Positions 36,085 through 46,400 of a DNA stretch of 64,000 nt are shown here, piece by piece. The DNA is from Bacteroidales bacterium. Its GTDB lineage: Bacteria > Bacteroidota > Bacteroidia > Bacteroidales > VadinHA17. The notes below the pieces were generated by a model, which was not told the DNA's origin, did no database searches, and worked only from the letters and a program-made list of their open reading frames with translations. A program made the translations under genes and the position numbers. How positions within the stretch are numbered: the first letter of the stretch is position 1; every line of letters begins with the position of its first letter. The stretch covers positions 20,813 to 84,812 of the forward strand of contig PLNT01000043.1 in assembly GCA_003141895.1 (NCBI GenBank), given 5' to 3'.

Positions 36085-37412
36085 CTATACTTATCAAAAT
36101 CCTGCAATTTGTAATGAGTCTCTCAATTCTTGTGATTATACATGAATTCGGACATTTTACCTTTGCTAAATTATTTAAAACAAGAGTCGAAAAATTTTAT
36201 CTCTTTTTCGATCCATGGTTTTCCCTTTTTAAATACAAGAAGGGTGAAACTGAATATGGAATAGGCTGGCTTCCCCTGGGCGGTTATGTTAAGATTTCCG
36301 GAATGATCGATGAATCGATGGATAAGGAACAGATGAAACTTCCCCCTCAACCATATGAATTCAGATCGAAGAGTTCATGGCAGCGATTACTCATAATGAC
36401 TGGAGGAGTAATGTTCAATTTTATTTCTGCCATGCTGATCTATATACTTGTATTATTTGCATGGGGAGAAACCTATCTTCCCACCGCTAATGTCAAATAC
36501 GGAATTGTTACCGATTCAGTTGGATATGCAATTGGCCTGAGAAACGGAGACAAGATCATCTCAGTTGATAATCAGTATATTGAGAATTTCATGGAGATCA
36601 CTTCAAACATTGCTTTGAATAACCGTAAAACAATCCAGGTTGAACGTGACGGAGCACTTCTGAATATCGATATACCCGCGGAATATGTTCCCAAGATGCT
36701 TAAAGGAAAGGGTCAAATTGAACCCAGAGCTCCTTTTGGGCCATTCGTTGTTGCCACCTTCGGAAAAGAATCGCCGGGGAAAATCGCCGGTGTTCATCTT
36801 GGCGATGAGGTCGTAGGTCTGGATAATAAAAAATTCAATTATTTCGATGAATTTCAGAAATATATTGCTGAAAATAAGGAACATTCTGTAATTCTGAATC
36901 TCCTGCGAAAAGGAGATACAGTTAATATCGAGGTAAAACCCACGGCAGCCGGATTACTTGGAATAAACAGAACTATCTCTTCTGACCAGATCTTTGATCT
37001 TAAAACAGTAAAATATGGTTTTCTTCAATCCATCCCCGCCGGAATTCAAAAAGGTGTTAAAACAGTACGGAATTACCTGAAACAATTTAAACTCATCTTT
37101 TCACGGCACACAAAAGGGTATGAGTCGCTTGGCGGATTTATTACTATTGGGAGCATATTCCCCGGCGTATGGGACTGGCAGGCGTTCTGGGATCTCACAG
37201 CATTTCTTTCAATAATACTGGCTATCATGAATATTCTTCCTATTCCGGCTCTCGATGGCGGTCATGTCCTATTTTTATTATTTGAAGTAATTACTGGGAA
37301 AAAACCAAGTGATAAATTCCTGGAATATGCCCAGATCGCAGGAATGATATTATTACTTGCACTCCTTTTATATGCCAATGGGAATGATGTTCTGAGACTT
37401 CTCAGGAAATAG
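36081..37412 (+). CDS. rseP: RIP (site-2) zinc metalloprotease RseP
   Basis: 'HEFGH' in the first TM helix, a PDZ region, and a C-terminal '[12 protein letters not shown]'. The ATGA start/stop overlaps dxr, which is the conserved dxr-rseP order. Confidence 0.9.
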   Translation: MTILIKILQFVMSLSILVIIHEFGHFTFAKLFKTRVEKFYLFFDPWFSLFKYKKGETEYGIGWLPLGGYVKISGMIDESMDKEQMKLPPQPYEFRSKSSWQRLLIMTGGVMFNFISAMLIYILVLFAWGETYLPTANVKYGIVTDSVGYAIGLRNGDKIISVDNQYIENFMEITSNIALNNRKTIQVERDGALLNIDIPAEYVPKMLKGKGQIEPRAPFGPFVVATFGKESPGKIAGVHLGDEVVGLDNKKFNYFDEFQKYIAENKEHSVILNLLRKGDTVNIEVKPTAAGLLGINRTISSDQIFDLKTVKYGFLQSIPAGIQKGVKTVRNYLKQFKLIFSRHTKGYESLGGFITIGSIFPGVWDWQAFWDLTAFLSIILAIMNILPIPALDGGHVLFLLFEVITGKKPSDKFLEYAQIAGMILLLALLLYANGNDVLRLLRK

Positions 37413-37445
37413 TTTTTCACGATTTGTAAATAAAGAAAGTATTTT

Positions 37446-37453
37446 TACCTTTG
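37446..37453 (+). promoter_or_regulatory. candidate -7 promoter element (TAnnTTTG)
   Basis: TACCTTTG lies 24 nt upstream of the tatA ATG. This is a motif match only. Confidence 0.3.
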
Positions 37454-37476
37454 TATATAATCTAAAACTAATCGAG

Positions 37477-37653
37477 ATGGGCAATTTAGGCATGACAGAA
37501 ATATTACTGATATTAGTAGTAGTAGTGTTGCTTTTTGGTGGGAAAAAGATTCCTGAACTTATGAAAGGCATTGGTCAGGGTATGAAGGAGTTTAAGAAAG
37601 CTTCAAAGTATGATCCTGCTGAAGACGACAAGGAACTGGCACACAAAGACTAA
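37477..37653 (+). CDS. tatA: twin-arginine translocase subunit TatA/E (58 aa; absent from the ORF track because it is under 60 aa)
   Basis: My translation is '[58 protein letters not shown]'. It shows the TatA signature: a TM helix, 'FG.KK.PEL' and an amphipathic 'G.G..EFKKA'. A strong terminator follows. Confidence 0.8.
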   Translation: MGNLGMTEILLILVVVVLLFGGKKIPELMKGIGQGMKEFKKASKYDPAEDDKELAHKD

Positions 37654-37672
37654 ATCTGATATAACAATATTC

Positions 37673-37709
37673 AAAAAAACCTGCATTTTAGACAATGCAG
37701 GTTTTTTTG
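37673..37709 (+). terminator. intrinsic terminator (A-tract / hairpin / T-tract, potentially bidirectional)
   Basis: The sequence reads AAAAAAA-CCTGCAT-tttagaca-ATGCAGG-TTTTTTT. Confidence 0.7.
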
Positions 37710-37924
37710 TATCCATGTTTTGACCCCCTAAATCCCCTTCGTCGACAAACTCAGAATGGAGGACTTTTTTAGTATTCTTCCAATGCTAAAAGGTCCCTCA
37801 AATAGGGCCGAGGGGCATAGGCGTTAACTTAAGTAGTTGAATATAGTAAAATTTGGAGAGAGTTTTGTACAAAACAGGATGTAAAGTATTGAAAAAGTGC
37901 CTGATACATTTCCCATCCTTCAAA

Positions 37925-38260
37925 AGCTACTCTTTGTACACATCTTGAATTGATTCACTGTGCCTCTGAATTTCTGAATAGAGGAAGGAGATCCTTCATT
38001 TCGCTGGTACTTCGCAAGCTCCATACCAGCTCATTCAGGATGACAGTGTTCCGTGGGTGTGATTTGGGGAAGGAAGCGGCGCGTTTTGTAGAGAACAAAA
38101 CGCGCCGCTTCCTTCCTCCCCCATTTTACACACATTGCCTTGTCATCCTGAGTTGCAGCTATCCCGAGCTTGCGAGGGATTGCTACAACGAAGGATCCCA
38201 TGGATTTTTCGACAAATTTGTTAAAAAATGAAATATGACCTTTGTGTACAAAGAGGAGCT
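37925..38260. repeat. Family C 336-bp nested-palindrome element with 18-bp terminal inverted repeats (MITE-like)
   Basis: The TIRs are AGCTACTCTTTGTACACA (37925-37942) and TGTGTACAAAGAGGAGCT (38243-38260), matching 17 of 18. Internal inverted pairs are GATCCTTC/GAAGGATC and CAGGATGACA/TGTCATCCTG. The central perfect 22-bp stem GGAAGGAAGCGGCGCGTTTTGT (38068-38089 / 38095-38116) has a 5-nt loop. Confidence 0.8.
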
Positions 38261-38459
38261 TCAAAGGAGGGGGAAACCTTTTTATGCATTATCTCATTCA
38301 TCCCCAAAGCTTAAATTGACGGCTATGGGCTGACGCCGGAACATATTCATATATTACCACTTCGCGACATAATTTCTAAAAAAAATCAAGATATTGATTA
38401 CAAGATTAAAAGATGCATACAAGAGTAGTTTAGGGAGCTAAGGGGGAAAATGAATACTG

Positions 38460-38867
38460 CTAGTTTCTCTTCCCTGTTACATGAGTCACGATTGAAAAAC
38501 CCGCAGAATCTCCCGAAATATCAAATATTACCTCATCTTGACTACTAAATTGGCCAGAAAGTCTATTAGATGAATATCCCCCCTCATCTACAAATTGACC
38601 GCTTTCCAAAACCTTGGGTGTAATAGCAAGTCCACTTCCGTAATTAATTGAAAGTCGTCTAAGTTTCTCATCATCAATTGTTATCTGACCATTAAATGTT
38701 GATGAGTATGTGGTGTCAATATTCTCTATATAAATTGTCTGGTGTATTGTAACAGTAAAGGCAAAAGATCCGGTATACTTCTTTAAATAGTCAGCATCCT
38801 TCTCACAGCTGAAGATTGAACTAAATAAGGTAAAAAGAATCAATAATCTCAACAACTTACTTTTCAT
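38460..38867 (-). CDS. hypothetical lipoprotein
   Basis: Lipobox 'SSIFSC'. No recognised domain. Confidence 0.45.
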   Translation of the reverse strand: MKSKLLRLLILFTLFSSIFSCEKDADYLKKYTGSFAFTVTIHQTIYIENIDTTYSSTFNGQITIDDEKLRRLSINYGSGLAITPKVLESGQFVDEGGYSSNRLSGQFSSQDEVIFDISGDSAGFSIVTHVTGKRN

Positions 38868-38973
38868 GGATCTAAGTTAAGAAAAAGGATAATGCACGTC
38901 AATAAAAAAAGTTTTCTGAACTTAGATAGAATTTACAATGGTGACACAATCTGTTAATACCAGTTCTTGGGAG

Positions 38974-40071
38974 TCAGATCAATTCATATTTCTGATTCCT
39001 TCTCCCCGGAATAAATCCAGCTTCTTTTATTATTGCCTGCATTTCGTCGGCATTAAAACGGTTATTCGAACCTGCTGCACTAACCACATTTTCCTCAATC
39101 ATAATTGAACCAAGGTCGTTTGCTCCCGAATGAAGTGACAGCATTCCGGTATCCTTTCCGACAGTGAGTATTGAAGCCTGTATATTTTTAATGTTATTTA
39201 AGATTATCCGACTCAGGGCAATCATCCTTATATAATCAGGCCCCGTATAGCCACTCTTTATAGCATGTTTTTTTAGTAGAACTGTTCCCTCATCCTGGAA
39301 AGCCCAAGGAATAAATGTAATGAATCCGAAATGTCCCTCAGGTTTCATTGCCTGTAAATCGCGCAAACGGATGAGATGTTCAACTCGTTCCTCAATTGTC
39401 TCAACGTGTCCAAACATCATAGTTGCTGATGTCGGTAAGTTAAGATTGTGGGCTTCCTTCATTACTTCAAGCCATTCTTTTGTTGATGCTTTTGCCGGAG
39501 AAACAATCCGCCTTACCCTGTCAGAAAGAATTTCTGCTCCAGCACCAGGCAGACTATTCAATCCTGCATCAATCAGCCGGCTAAGAACCTTAGAATAAGA
39601 CAAGTGTTCTTTCCGGGCAAGATGAACTATCTCCGGCGGGCCGAGAGCATGCAATTTAAGCGATGAATACATTTTTTTAAGATTCCTGAAAAGGTCCGTA
39701 TAAAATTCCAGACCCAGATCCGGATTCATTCCGCCTTGTAAAAGTAATTGATCGCCTCCGAGAGAGATCATTTCATCAATCTTGGTTATATACTCAGGTA
39801 TCGATGTCGTATATGCCTCATCTGAGCTCTTCTTTCGGCAGAAATTACAAAAGGAACATTGCGAAAAACAAATATTTGTTATGTTCACATTTCTGTCAAT
39901 CATCCAACCTACTTTTTTGCCGGGATTATGTATTTGCCTGAGCTTGTTTGCAACAAACATCAGTTCTTCAACCGGAGCTGTTGAATAAAGCCTGAGTCCT
40001 TCGGAAACGCTCAACGGAACAAGGTTTACAGCTTTCTCATATAGTTGTTCGAGAATCATCTTGGCTAACAA
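38974..40071 (-). CDS. radical SAM enzyme of the CofH/MqnC/MqnE family (futalosine-pathway menaquinone biosynthesis-type)
   Basis: 'NITNICFSQCSFCNF' is the CxxxCxxC cluster motif. 'MMFGHVETIEERVEHLIRLRDLQ' and 'FITFIPWAFQ' are typical of MqnC/MqnE. I cannot distinguish C from E by eye. Confidence 0.7.
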   Translation of the reverse strand: MLAKMILEQLYEKAVNLVPLSVSEGLRLYSTAPVEELMFVANKLRQIHNPGKKVGWMIDRNVNITNICFSQCSFCNFCRKKSSDEAYTTSIPEYITKIDEMISLGGDQLLLQGGMNPDLGLEFYTDLFRNLKKMYSSLKLHALGPPEIVHLARKEHLSYSKVLSRLIDAGLNSLPGAGAEILSDRVRRIVSPAKASTKEWLEVMKEAHNLNLPTSATMMFGHVETIEERVEHLIRLRDLQAMKPEGHFGFITFIPWAFQDEGTVLLKKHAIKSGYTGPDYIRMIALSRIILNNIKNIQASILTVGKDTGMLSLHSGANDLGSIMIEENVVSAAGSNNRFNADEMQAIIKEAGFIPGRRNQKYELI

Positions 40072-40250
40072 ATTAGTAAAAGTCTGAAGTCCAAAGCCGG
40101 TATTACGAAGTTGGAAGAAGGAAATTAATTTTGAATCAGATTTCCGGTTTCCGTTTTACGATTTCCGACGTTCTCAAAGGTAACTCTTTGGAAACGAAAC
40201 ATTCAATAATTTATTTAACTTTACGACTTCGAAAGCAACTCACAAAAAAT

Positions 40251-41708
40251 ATGAAATCTAAAATTCAAAAAATAACAAAATTATCATCTGACCAATCTGT
40301 TGTATGTATTCTAGGAAGTGATAAGATTCCTGATAAACTAAAACTAAGCAAACAGGAAAGGGATTATGTTGAAGCTCATATCGGAGCAGGTGATGAAAAA
40401 CTTTTCATTAATTCTTATAACAGATTTATTTATATTGTAACATTAAAAAAAGATGTTCCGCATTATAAGGTGAGGGAGGAACTAAGAAGAACTGCGTATA
40501 AAATAAAAAAACATATCAGGGGAAATAATTATAATGAGCTCGTTATTACATCTGATAATGCATATAAAGGAGCAATCGAAGATTTTGCTGAGGGACTGAT
40601 TCTAAGTTTTTATTCCTTTGATAAGTACAAGACTAAAGAAGAAAAGGATGATAAAAAGAAATATCCTGAGAAGCTCTTGTTAGAGGGTGAAATATCAGAC
40701 TCAGAAATCGCCTGGCTTATTGATCTGACAGATGCTGTCTATTTTTCACGAAATCTCATTCAGGAACCTGTTAACCAGCTTAATGCTACCGCCTTGTCCG
40801 AAGAGATTAAAAAAGCTGGTGAGATGTCGGGTTTCAAGGTTGAAGTATTAACAAAGGGCAAAATAGAAGCATTAAAAATGGGAGGACTCCTGGCCGTTAA
40901 TAAAGGGAGTGTTGATCCTCCGGTTTTCTGTATCCTGGAATGGCATCCCGCAAACAGTGTTAACAAAAATCCTGTTGTCCTTGTTGGAAAGGGTATTGTT
41001 TATGATACTGGTGGATTGAATATCAAAACCGGTGATTTTATGGCGGGAATGAATGGAGACATGGCCGGTGCCGCAACCGTAACGGGTGTTATTCAAACTA
41101 TTGCAAAGACCAAGCTGCCAATTTATGTTATAGGATTGATCCCTTCAACTGATAATCGCCCTGGTGGAAATGCGTATACGCAGGGAGATATAATAACCAT
41201 GTACAATAAATCAACTGTAGAGATCGGAAATACTGACGCTGAAGGAAGATTAATTCTAGCTGATGCTATTAGTTACGCTTCAAAATATTCTCCTGATCTA
41301 ATAATTGATATTGCAACTCTTACCGGATCTGCAGCTATGACTTTCGCGAACCAGGGCATTGCTGTTATGACAAACGCCGACGCAAAATATATCAATTTGC
41401 TCAGAGAGTGCGGCAACGATGTATATGAGAGAATTGCAGAACTGCCTTTATGGGATGAATATGGTGAATTACTGAAATCGGATATTGCCGACATGAAAAA
41501 TGTCGGAGGACGTGAGGCCGGTGCAATCATTGCCGGAAAATTCCTAGAAAAATTCGCAGAATTTCCACTTATACATTTAGATATTGCAGGGACAGAAATG
41601 TTGAAGAAAGATGACTTTTACAGGTCGAAAAACGGAACCGCATCCGGTCTGAGGTTACTTTCAACGTTTTTGCGGAGAATGGCATCTAATTATATTGAAA
41701 AGAAATAA
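40251..41708 (+). CDS. pepA: leucyl aminopeptidase (M17)
   Basis: 'VGKGIVYDTGGLNIK', 'MNGDMAGAA' and 'NTDAEGRLILAD' are present. I chose the ATG at 40251. The track's TTG at 40131 adds 40 aa of non-homologous sequence. Confidence 0.9.
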   Translation: MKSKIQKITKLSSDQSVVCILGSDKIPDKLKLSKQERDYVEAHIGAGDEKLFINSYNRFIYIVTLKKDVPHYKVREELRRTAYKIKKHIRGNNYNELVITSDNAYKGAIEDFAEGLILSFYSFDKYKTKEEKDDKKKYPEKLLLEGEISDSEIAWLIDLTDAVYFSRNLIQEPVNQLNATALSEEIKKAGEMSGFKVEVLTKGKIEALKMGGLLAVNKGSVDPPVFCILEWHPANSVNKNPVVLVGKGIVYDTGGLNIKTGDFMAGMNGDMAGAATVTGVIQTIAKTKLPIYVIGLIPSTDNRPGGNAYTQGDIITMYNKSTVEIGNTDAEGRLILADAISYASKYSPDLIIDIATLTGSAAMTFANQGIAVMTNADAKYINLLRECGNDVYERIAELPLWDEYGELLKSDIADMKNVGGREAGAIIAGKFLEKFAEFPLIHLDIAGTEMLKKDDFYRSKNGTASGLRLLSTFLRRMASNYIEKK

Positions 41709-41714
41709 GAACTT

Positions 41715-42815
41715 ATGGAAAAGAAAACAATACTTGCCGGGATATCCCACGGAGATATAAATGGAATAGGCTATGAAGTTATAATAAAGGCCCTTTCGGA
41801 TCCTACAATTAATGATATTTGCACTCCCATCGTTTATGGATCGCCTAAGGTTGCAGCTTATCATCGTAAAGCATTGAATGTAAATAATTTCAGTTTTAAT
41901 AATATCAGGGTAGCAGAGGAAGCACATGCGAAGAAAGCCAATATGATAAATTGCCTCGATGATAATATAAGGGTTGAATTAGGCAAATCGACACCACAGG
42001 GAGGTGAAGCCGCTTTAATATCTCTTGAGAAGGCTGTTGATGATCTGAAAAACGGGAAAATTGATGTTCTGGTCACTGCTCCTATTGACAAAAAGAATAT
42101 ACAATCGGAGAATTTTCATTTTAATGGACATACCGATTATCTTAAATCTGTTGCAGGATCAAATGAAGCACTTATGTTCATGATAGGTGAAAGCATGAGA
42201 ATAGGTATAGCCACTGATCATGTGCCCCTTAACAAGGTTTCAGGATTAATTACAATCGAAACTTTATTGCAAAAGATAAGACTGATGAATCAATCTCTCA
42301 TCCTTGATTTTGGTATACGTAAACCGAGGATTGCTGTGCTTGGTCTTAATCCGCATGCTGGCGATAACTCATTGCTCGGAACAGAAGAAGCTGAAATAAT
42401 TGATCCCGCAATTCAGCAAGTCCAGAAGGAAGGTATTATGGCATTTGGTCCATTCCCGGCAGATGGATTTTTCGGGGCCGGTTCCTTTGCGAAATTTGAC
42501 GGAATCCTTGCAATGTATCATGATCAGGGACTTACGCCATTTAAGGCATTATCATTCGATTCCGGAGTTAACTTTACTGCAGGATTGCCTTTTATTCGTA
42601 CCTCACCGGTACATGGTACTGCATTTTCACTGGCAGGGAAAGGCGAAGCATCCGAAAATTCATTCCGCCAGGCTATATATCTTGCCTGCGACATCTTCAG
42701 AAACAGGGAGATGTACAAGGAAATATCAAAAAATCCCCTGAAACATCAGGATATTGAAATTCATAGTGATCGTATCGATGAACTACCACCCGATATATTT
42801 AATCCTGAGCTATAA
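41715..42815 (+). CDS. pdxA: 4-hydroxythreonine-4-phosphate dehydrogenase
   Basis: 'GDINGIGYEV', 'GHTDYL', 'LNPHAGDN', 'MYHDQGL' and 'IRTSPVHGTAF' are canonical PdxA motifs. Confidence 0.9.
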   Translation: MEKKTILAGISHGDINGIGYEVIIKALSDPTINDICTPIVYGSPKVAAYHRKALNVNNFSFNNIRVAEEAHAKKANMINCLDDNIRVELGKSTPQGGEAALISLEKAVDDLKNGKIDVLVTAPIDKKNIQSENFHFNGHTDYLKSVAGSNEALMFMIGESMRIGIATDHVPLNKVSGLITIETLLQKIRLMNQSLILDFGIRKPRIAVLGLNPHAGDNSLLGTEEAEIIDPAIQQVQKEGIMAFGPFPADGFFGAGSFAKFDGILAMYHDQGLTPFKALSFDSGVNFTAGLPFIRTSPVHGTAFSLAGKGEASENSFRQAIYLACDIFRNREMYKEISKNPLKHQDIEIHSDRIDELPPDIFNPEL

Positions 42816-42817
42816 GT

Positions 42818-43399
42818 ATGATAGATTATATTAAAGGTGAAATTGCCCGTGTAACTCCGACTTACCTGATCATGGAAACCGGAGGAATAGGTTATATGAT
42901 TAATATCTCCCTCACAACCTTCTCCCGACTCGAAAACATGAAAGAATTCAAGGTTCTGATTCATGAAGTTATCAGGGAAGACAGTCATCAGCTTTTTGGA
43001 TTTGCTGAGGAGGAGGAAAGGGATATTTTCCGCTCTCTGATATCTGTTTCAGGAGTGGGAGCTAATACAGCAAGAATGATGCTTTCTTCGCTTAGCCCGG
43101 GCGAAATTGAAAAGGCAATTTTAGGATCCGATGTAAACCTCCTCAAAAGTGTTAAAGGTATAGGATTAAAAACCGCGCAAAGAATTATTGTAGACCTGAA
43201 AGACAAACTCGGCAAACATACCGGAAGCGGTGAAATATTTGCTTTTGCAGACAATACACGACGCGATGAAGCGTTATCTGCATTAGTAATGCTGGGATTT
43301 GCCAAAAGCACTGTCTCCAAAGTCCTTGACAAAATAGTTAGAGATGAAAAAAACCTTACTGTCGAGGATATGATAAAGAGAGCGCTTAAAAACTTGTAA
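42818..43399 (+). CDS. ruvA: Holliday junction branch migration protein RuvA
   Basis: 'MIDYIKG', 'LFGF..EEERDIFRSLISVSGVGANTARMMLS' and 'VKGIGLKTAQRIIVDLKDK' (HhH motifs) are present. Confidence 0.9.
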   Translation: MIDYIKGEIARVTPTYLIMETGGIGYMINISLTTFSRLENMKEFKVLIHEVIREDSHQLFGFAEEEERDIFRSLISVSGVGANTARMMLSSLSPGEIEKAILGSDVNLLKSVKGIGLKTAQRIIVDLKDKLGKHTGSGEIFAFADNTRRDEALSALVMLGFAKSTVSKVLDKIVRDEKNLTVEDMIKRALKNL

Positions 43400-43418
43400 T
43401 TCTTGAATATAAGCCGGA

Positions 43419-46400
43419 TTGGGATCAGGGATATCATATAAGAATATTCTGATATTTTCGTATCTTCTACTTTTAACTTCTTTCCTTTTAAAACCCACAG
43501 AAGCAAGTAGTCAAGCTGCGTTGACCAATGTTGTAAGGGATACTACCACCCGAAAATCAATTCTAAAACTAAATGATGATAAAGGAATCCCATGGGAACC
43601 GCAACAAAAAGCTCCCTTATTCCTTGATAAACCGTCAAACATCAAAACTACTGCAATCTATGATCCCGTTAAGAATGAATACATCTTATATGAGAAAGTA
43701 GGCGCTTTTGATTATCGCCCCCCTGTGCATATGGATCCCGAAGAATTCAGGAAGTATGCATATGCAAAAGCAATGCGTGATTACTGGCAATCGCGAATCT
43801 CAGGGAAAGAAGCCGGTTTTAAGTCAAATCTGATACCGCAGATAGAAATTGGAGGGGCGGCATTCGATAAAATATTTGGAAGTAATACCATTAATATCGT
43901 TCCCCAGGGATCGGCTGAACTCATATTCGGTATAAATATTTCAAAGACGGAAAATCCCACCCTCCCCGTTAAGCTTCAGACAATTCCAACATTCGATTTC
44001 AAGGAAAAAATTCAGATGAACGTTACCGGAACCATCGGTGATAAAATGACACTCGGTATTAATTATAATACCGATGCGATGTTTGAATTTGAAAACCGGA
44101 CAAAACTTCAATATGCAGGAAAGGAAGATGAAATATTAAAAAAAGTTGAAGCTGGAGATGTAACTCTTCCTCTGACAGGTACTTTAATTACTGGTAGTTA
44201 TAGTCTGTTTGGTCTCAAAACTGAAATGCAATTTGGCAAGCTTACTGTCACTACTGTTTTATCGCAACAGAAGGGCCAGTCTTCCGTAATTCAGGCCAAG
44301 GGAGGGGCACAGATCACAGATTATGAGGTTTTTGCAGATGATTACGAAGCGAACAGACATTTTTTTCTATCTCAGTTCTTCAGAGATACATATGATGAGT
44401 CGCTGAAGAATATGCCTGTTGTAAGTTCAGGAGTAAACATTCAAAGGATAGAAGTCTGGGTTACAAACAAACAGAGCAGTTTTGTAGAGGCCAGTAACAG
44501 GAATATTGTAGCGTTTATGGACCTTGGAGAAAACTCAAAACATATCTTTAATAAAGTGCCGGCCTTCCAGGCCGGAGGGTCTGCTGTATATCCCGATAAT
44601 GAGGCAAATAAAATGTATAATCAACTTACCACTTCATACGGAATGATCCGTAATGTTGATCAGGTAACAAATGCTTTTGCGCCCTTATATCCGGGATTTC
44701 AGATTGGAAGGGATTTTGAGAAGATTGAGAATGCCAGAAAACTTGATGAACGGGAATATGATATTAACACCAAGCTTGGGTATATCTCACTAAATACTGC
44801 TTTGAATACTGATGAAGTACTCGCAGTTGCTTATGAATACACATACGGAGGCAAGATTTATAAAGTCGGTGAGTTTTCTACCGATGGTATAACTGCACCA
44901 CAGGCACTGGTGCTGAAACTCATTAAAGGAACCACCCTGAGCCCTAAATTACCCACATGGAATCTCATGATGAAAAATATTTATTCTCTGGGATCGGGGA
45001 AGCTTGATAAAAAAGATTTTGTACTAAATGTGCTTTACCAGGATGACAAAACCGGAAATTCAATTAACTATATTCCGGAAGGTAGCCTTGCAAATAAAGT
45101 TCTTTTACAGGTATTAAATCTGGATAATCTGAATTCTCAGCTTGATCAACAGCCTGATGGGTTTTTCGATTTTATCGATGGGGTGACCGTTATGGTTGAC
45201 AGGGGTAAGATTATTTTCCCTGAGATTGAACCCTTTGGCAGTTACCTGAAAAATAAAATTGGGAATCCTGCTCTGGCAAGCAAATATGTTTTTCAGGAAT
45301 TATATGATTCAACACAGACCATTGCAAGACAGATGGCTGAAAAAAATAAATTCACTCTGAAAGGACAATATTCATCACAATCAGGTTCTGTAATAAGGTT
45401 AAATGCTTCAAACATCCCTCAGAACTCAGTTAAGGTTACTGCCGGAGGAGTCCCTCTGACTGAAAACACTGATTATACTGTTGACTATAATATGGGAACA
45501 GTGACTATTATTAACAGTGCCCTGATTGAATCACAGACGCCTATACAGGTTTCATTAGAAAATAATCAGTTCTTCGGATTCCAGACAAAAACACTCGTAG
45601 GGACCCATCTCGACTATCGTGCTTCGGAAAACTTCGACATTGGAGCAACAATACTACATCTTACTGAAAGACCCTATACCCAGAAGGTGAATTATGGCGA
45701 AGAACCAATCTCAAATACAATATGGGGCTTAAATACTTCATATAAGACAGAATCACAATTGCTTACAAAGATCATTGATAAAATTCCGCTTCTTAATACG
45801 AAAACGCCTTCTTCAATATCCTTCTTTGGTGAATTTGCAAATCTTATTCCAGGGCATTCGAAGGCAATAACAAATGCCGGTAATGCATACATAGATGATT
45901 TTGAAGCCAGCGAAATTCCTCTCGATCTTAAATCATTTAATGCCTGGACAATTTCAAGCGTACCACAGGGACAGGATCAATTTTTCCCTGAGGCTAAGTT
46001 CAATGATAATCTGGTAAGTGGTTTTAACAGGGCTAAATTAGCATGGTATGTAATTGACCCCCTGTTTCTGCGTAATGGATCATCCACCCCAGATTATATT
46101 AAACAGCACCCCGATGAACAATCGAGCCATTTTGTAAGAGAAATTTACGAAAATGAGATTTTTCCTAACATAGAGAGTCCAAGCGGAATCCCGACAAATA
46201 TAGCCGTGTTGAATCTTGCCTTCTATCCCGGAGAAAAAGGTCCATATAATTATGATACTTCCCCGGGCCCCTATTCGGCTGGGATGAATTCAGCCGGGAA
46301 ATTAAATGACCCACAAACAAGATGGGGCGGCATAATGAGAGAGGTGCTGACGAGCGATTTCGAAACTGCAAATGTGCAGTATGTTCAATTCTGGGTTATG

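Noticed and set aside
37950-38264. Two overlapping ORFs on opposite strands (93 aa + and 77 aa -)
   Set aside because: They mirror each other because they lie on a 336-bp palindrome. This is a typical artefact of inverted-repeat DNA, and neither has a recognisable domain.
40131-40250. TTG-initiated 40-aa extension of pepA, and the analogous 40-aa extension of the SDR gene (21953-22072)
   Set aside because: The extensions show no homology-like sequence. Internal ATGs (40251 and 22073) give N-termini typical for M17 peptidases and for the GxxGxxG motif position of SDRs.
42988-43506. 172-aa minus-strand ORF antisense to ruvA
   Set aside because: It is entirely antisense to a canonical RuvA coding sequence. 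It is Ser/Leu/Ile-rich, as expected for a shadow ORF.
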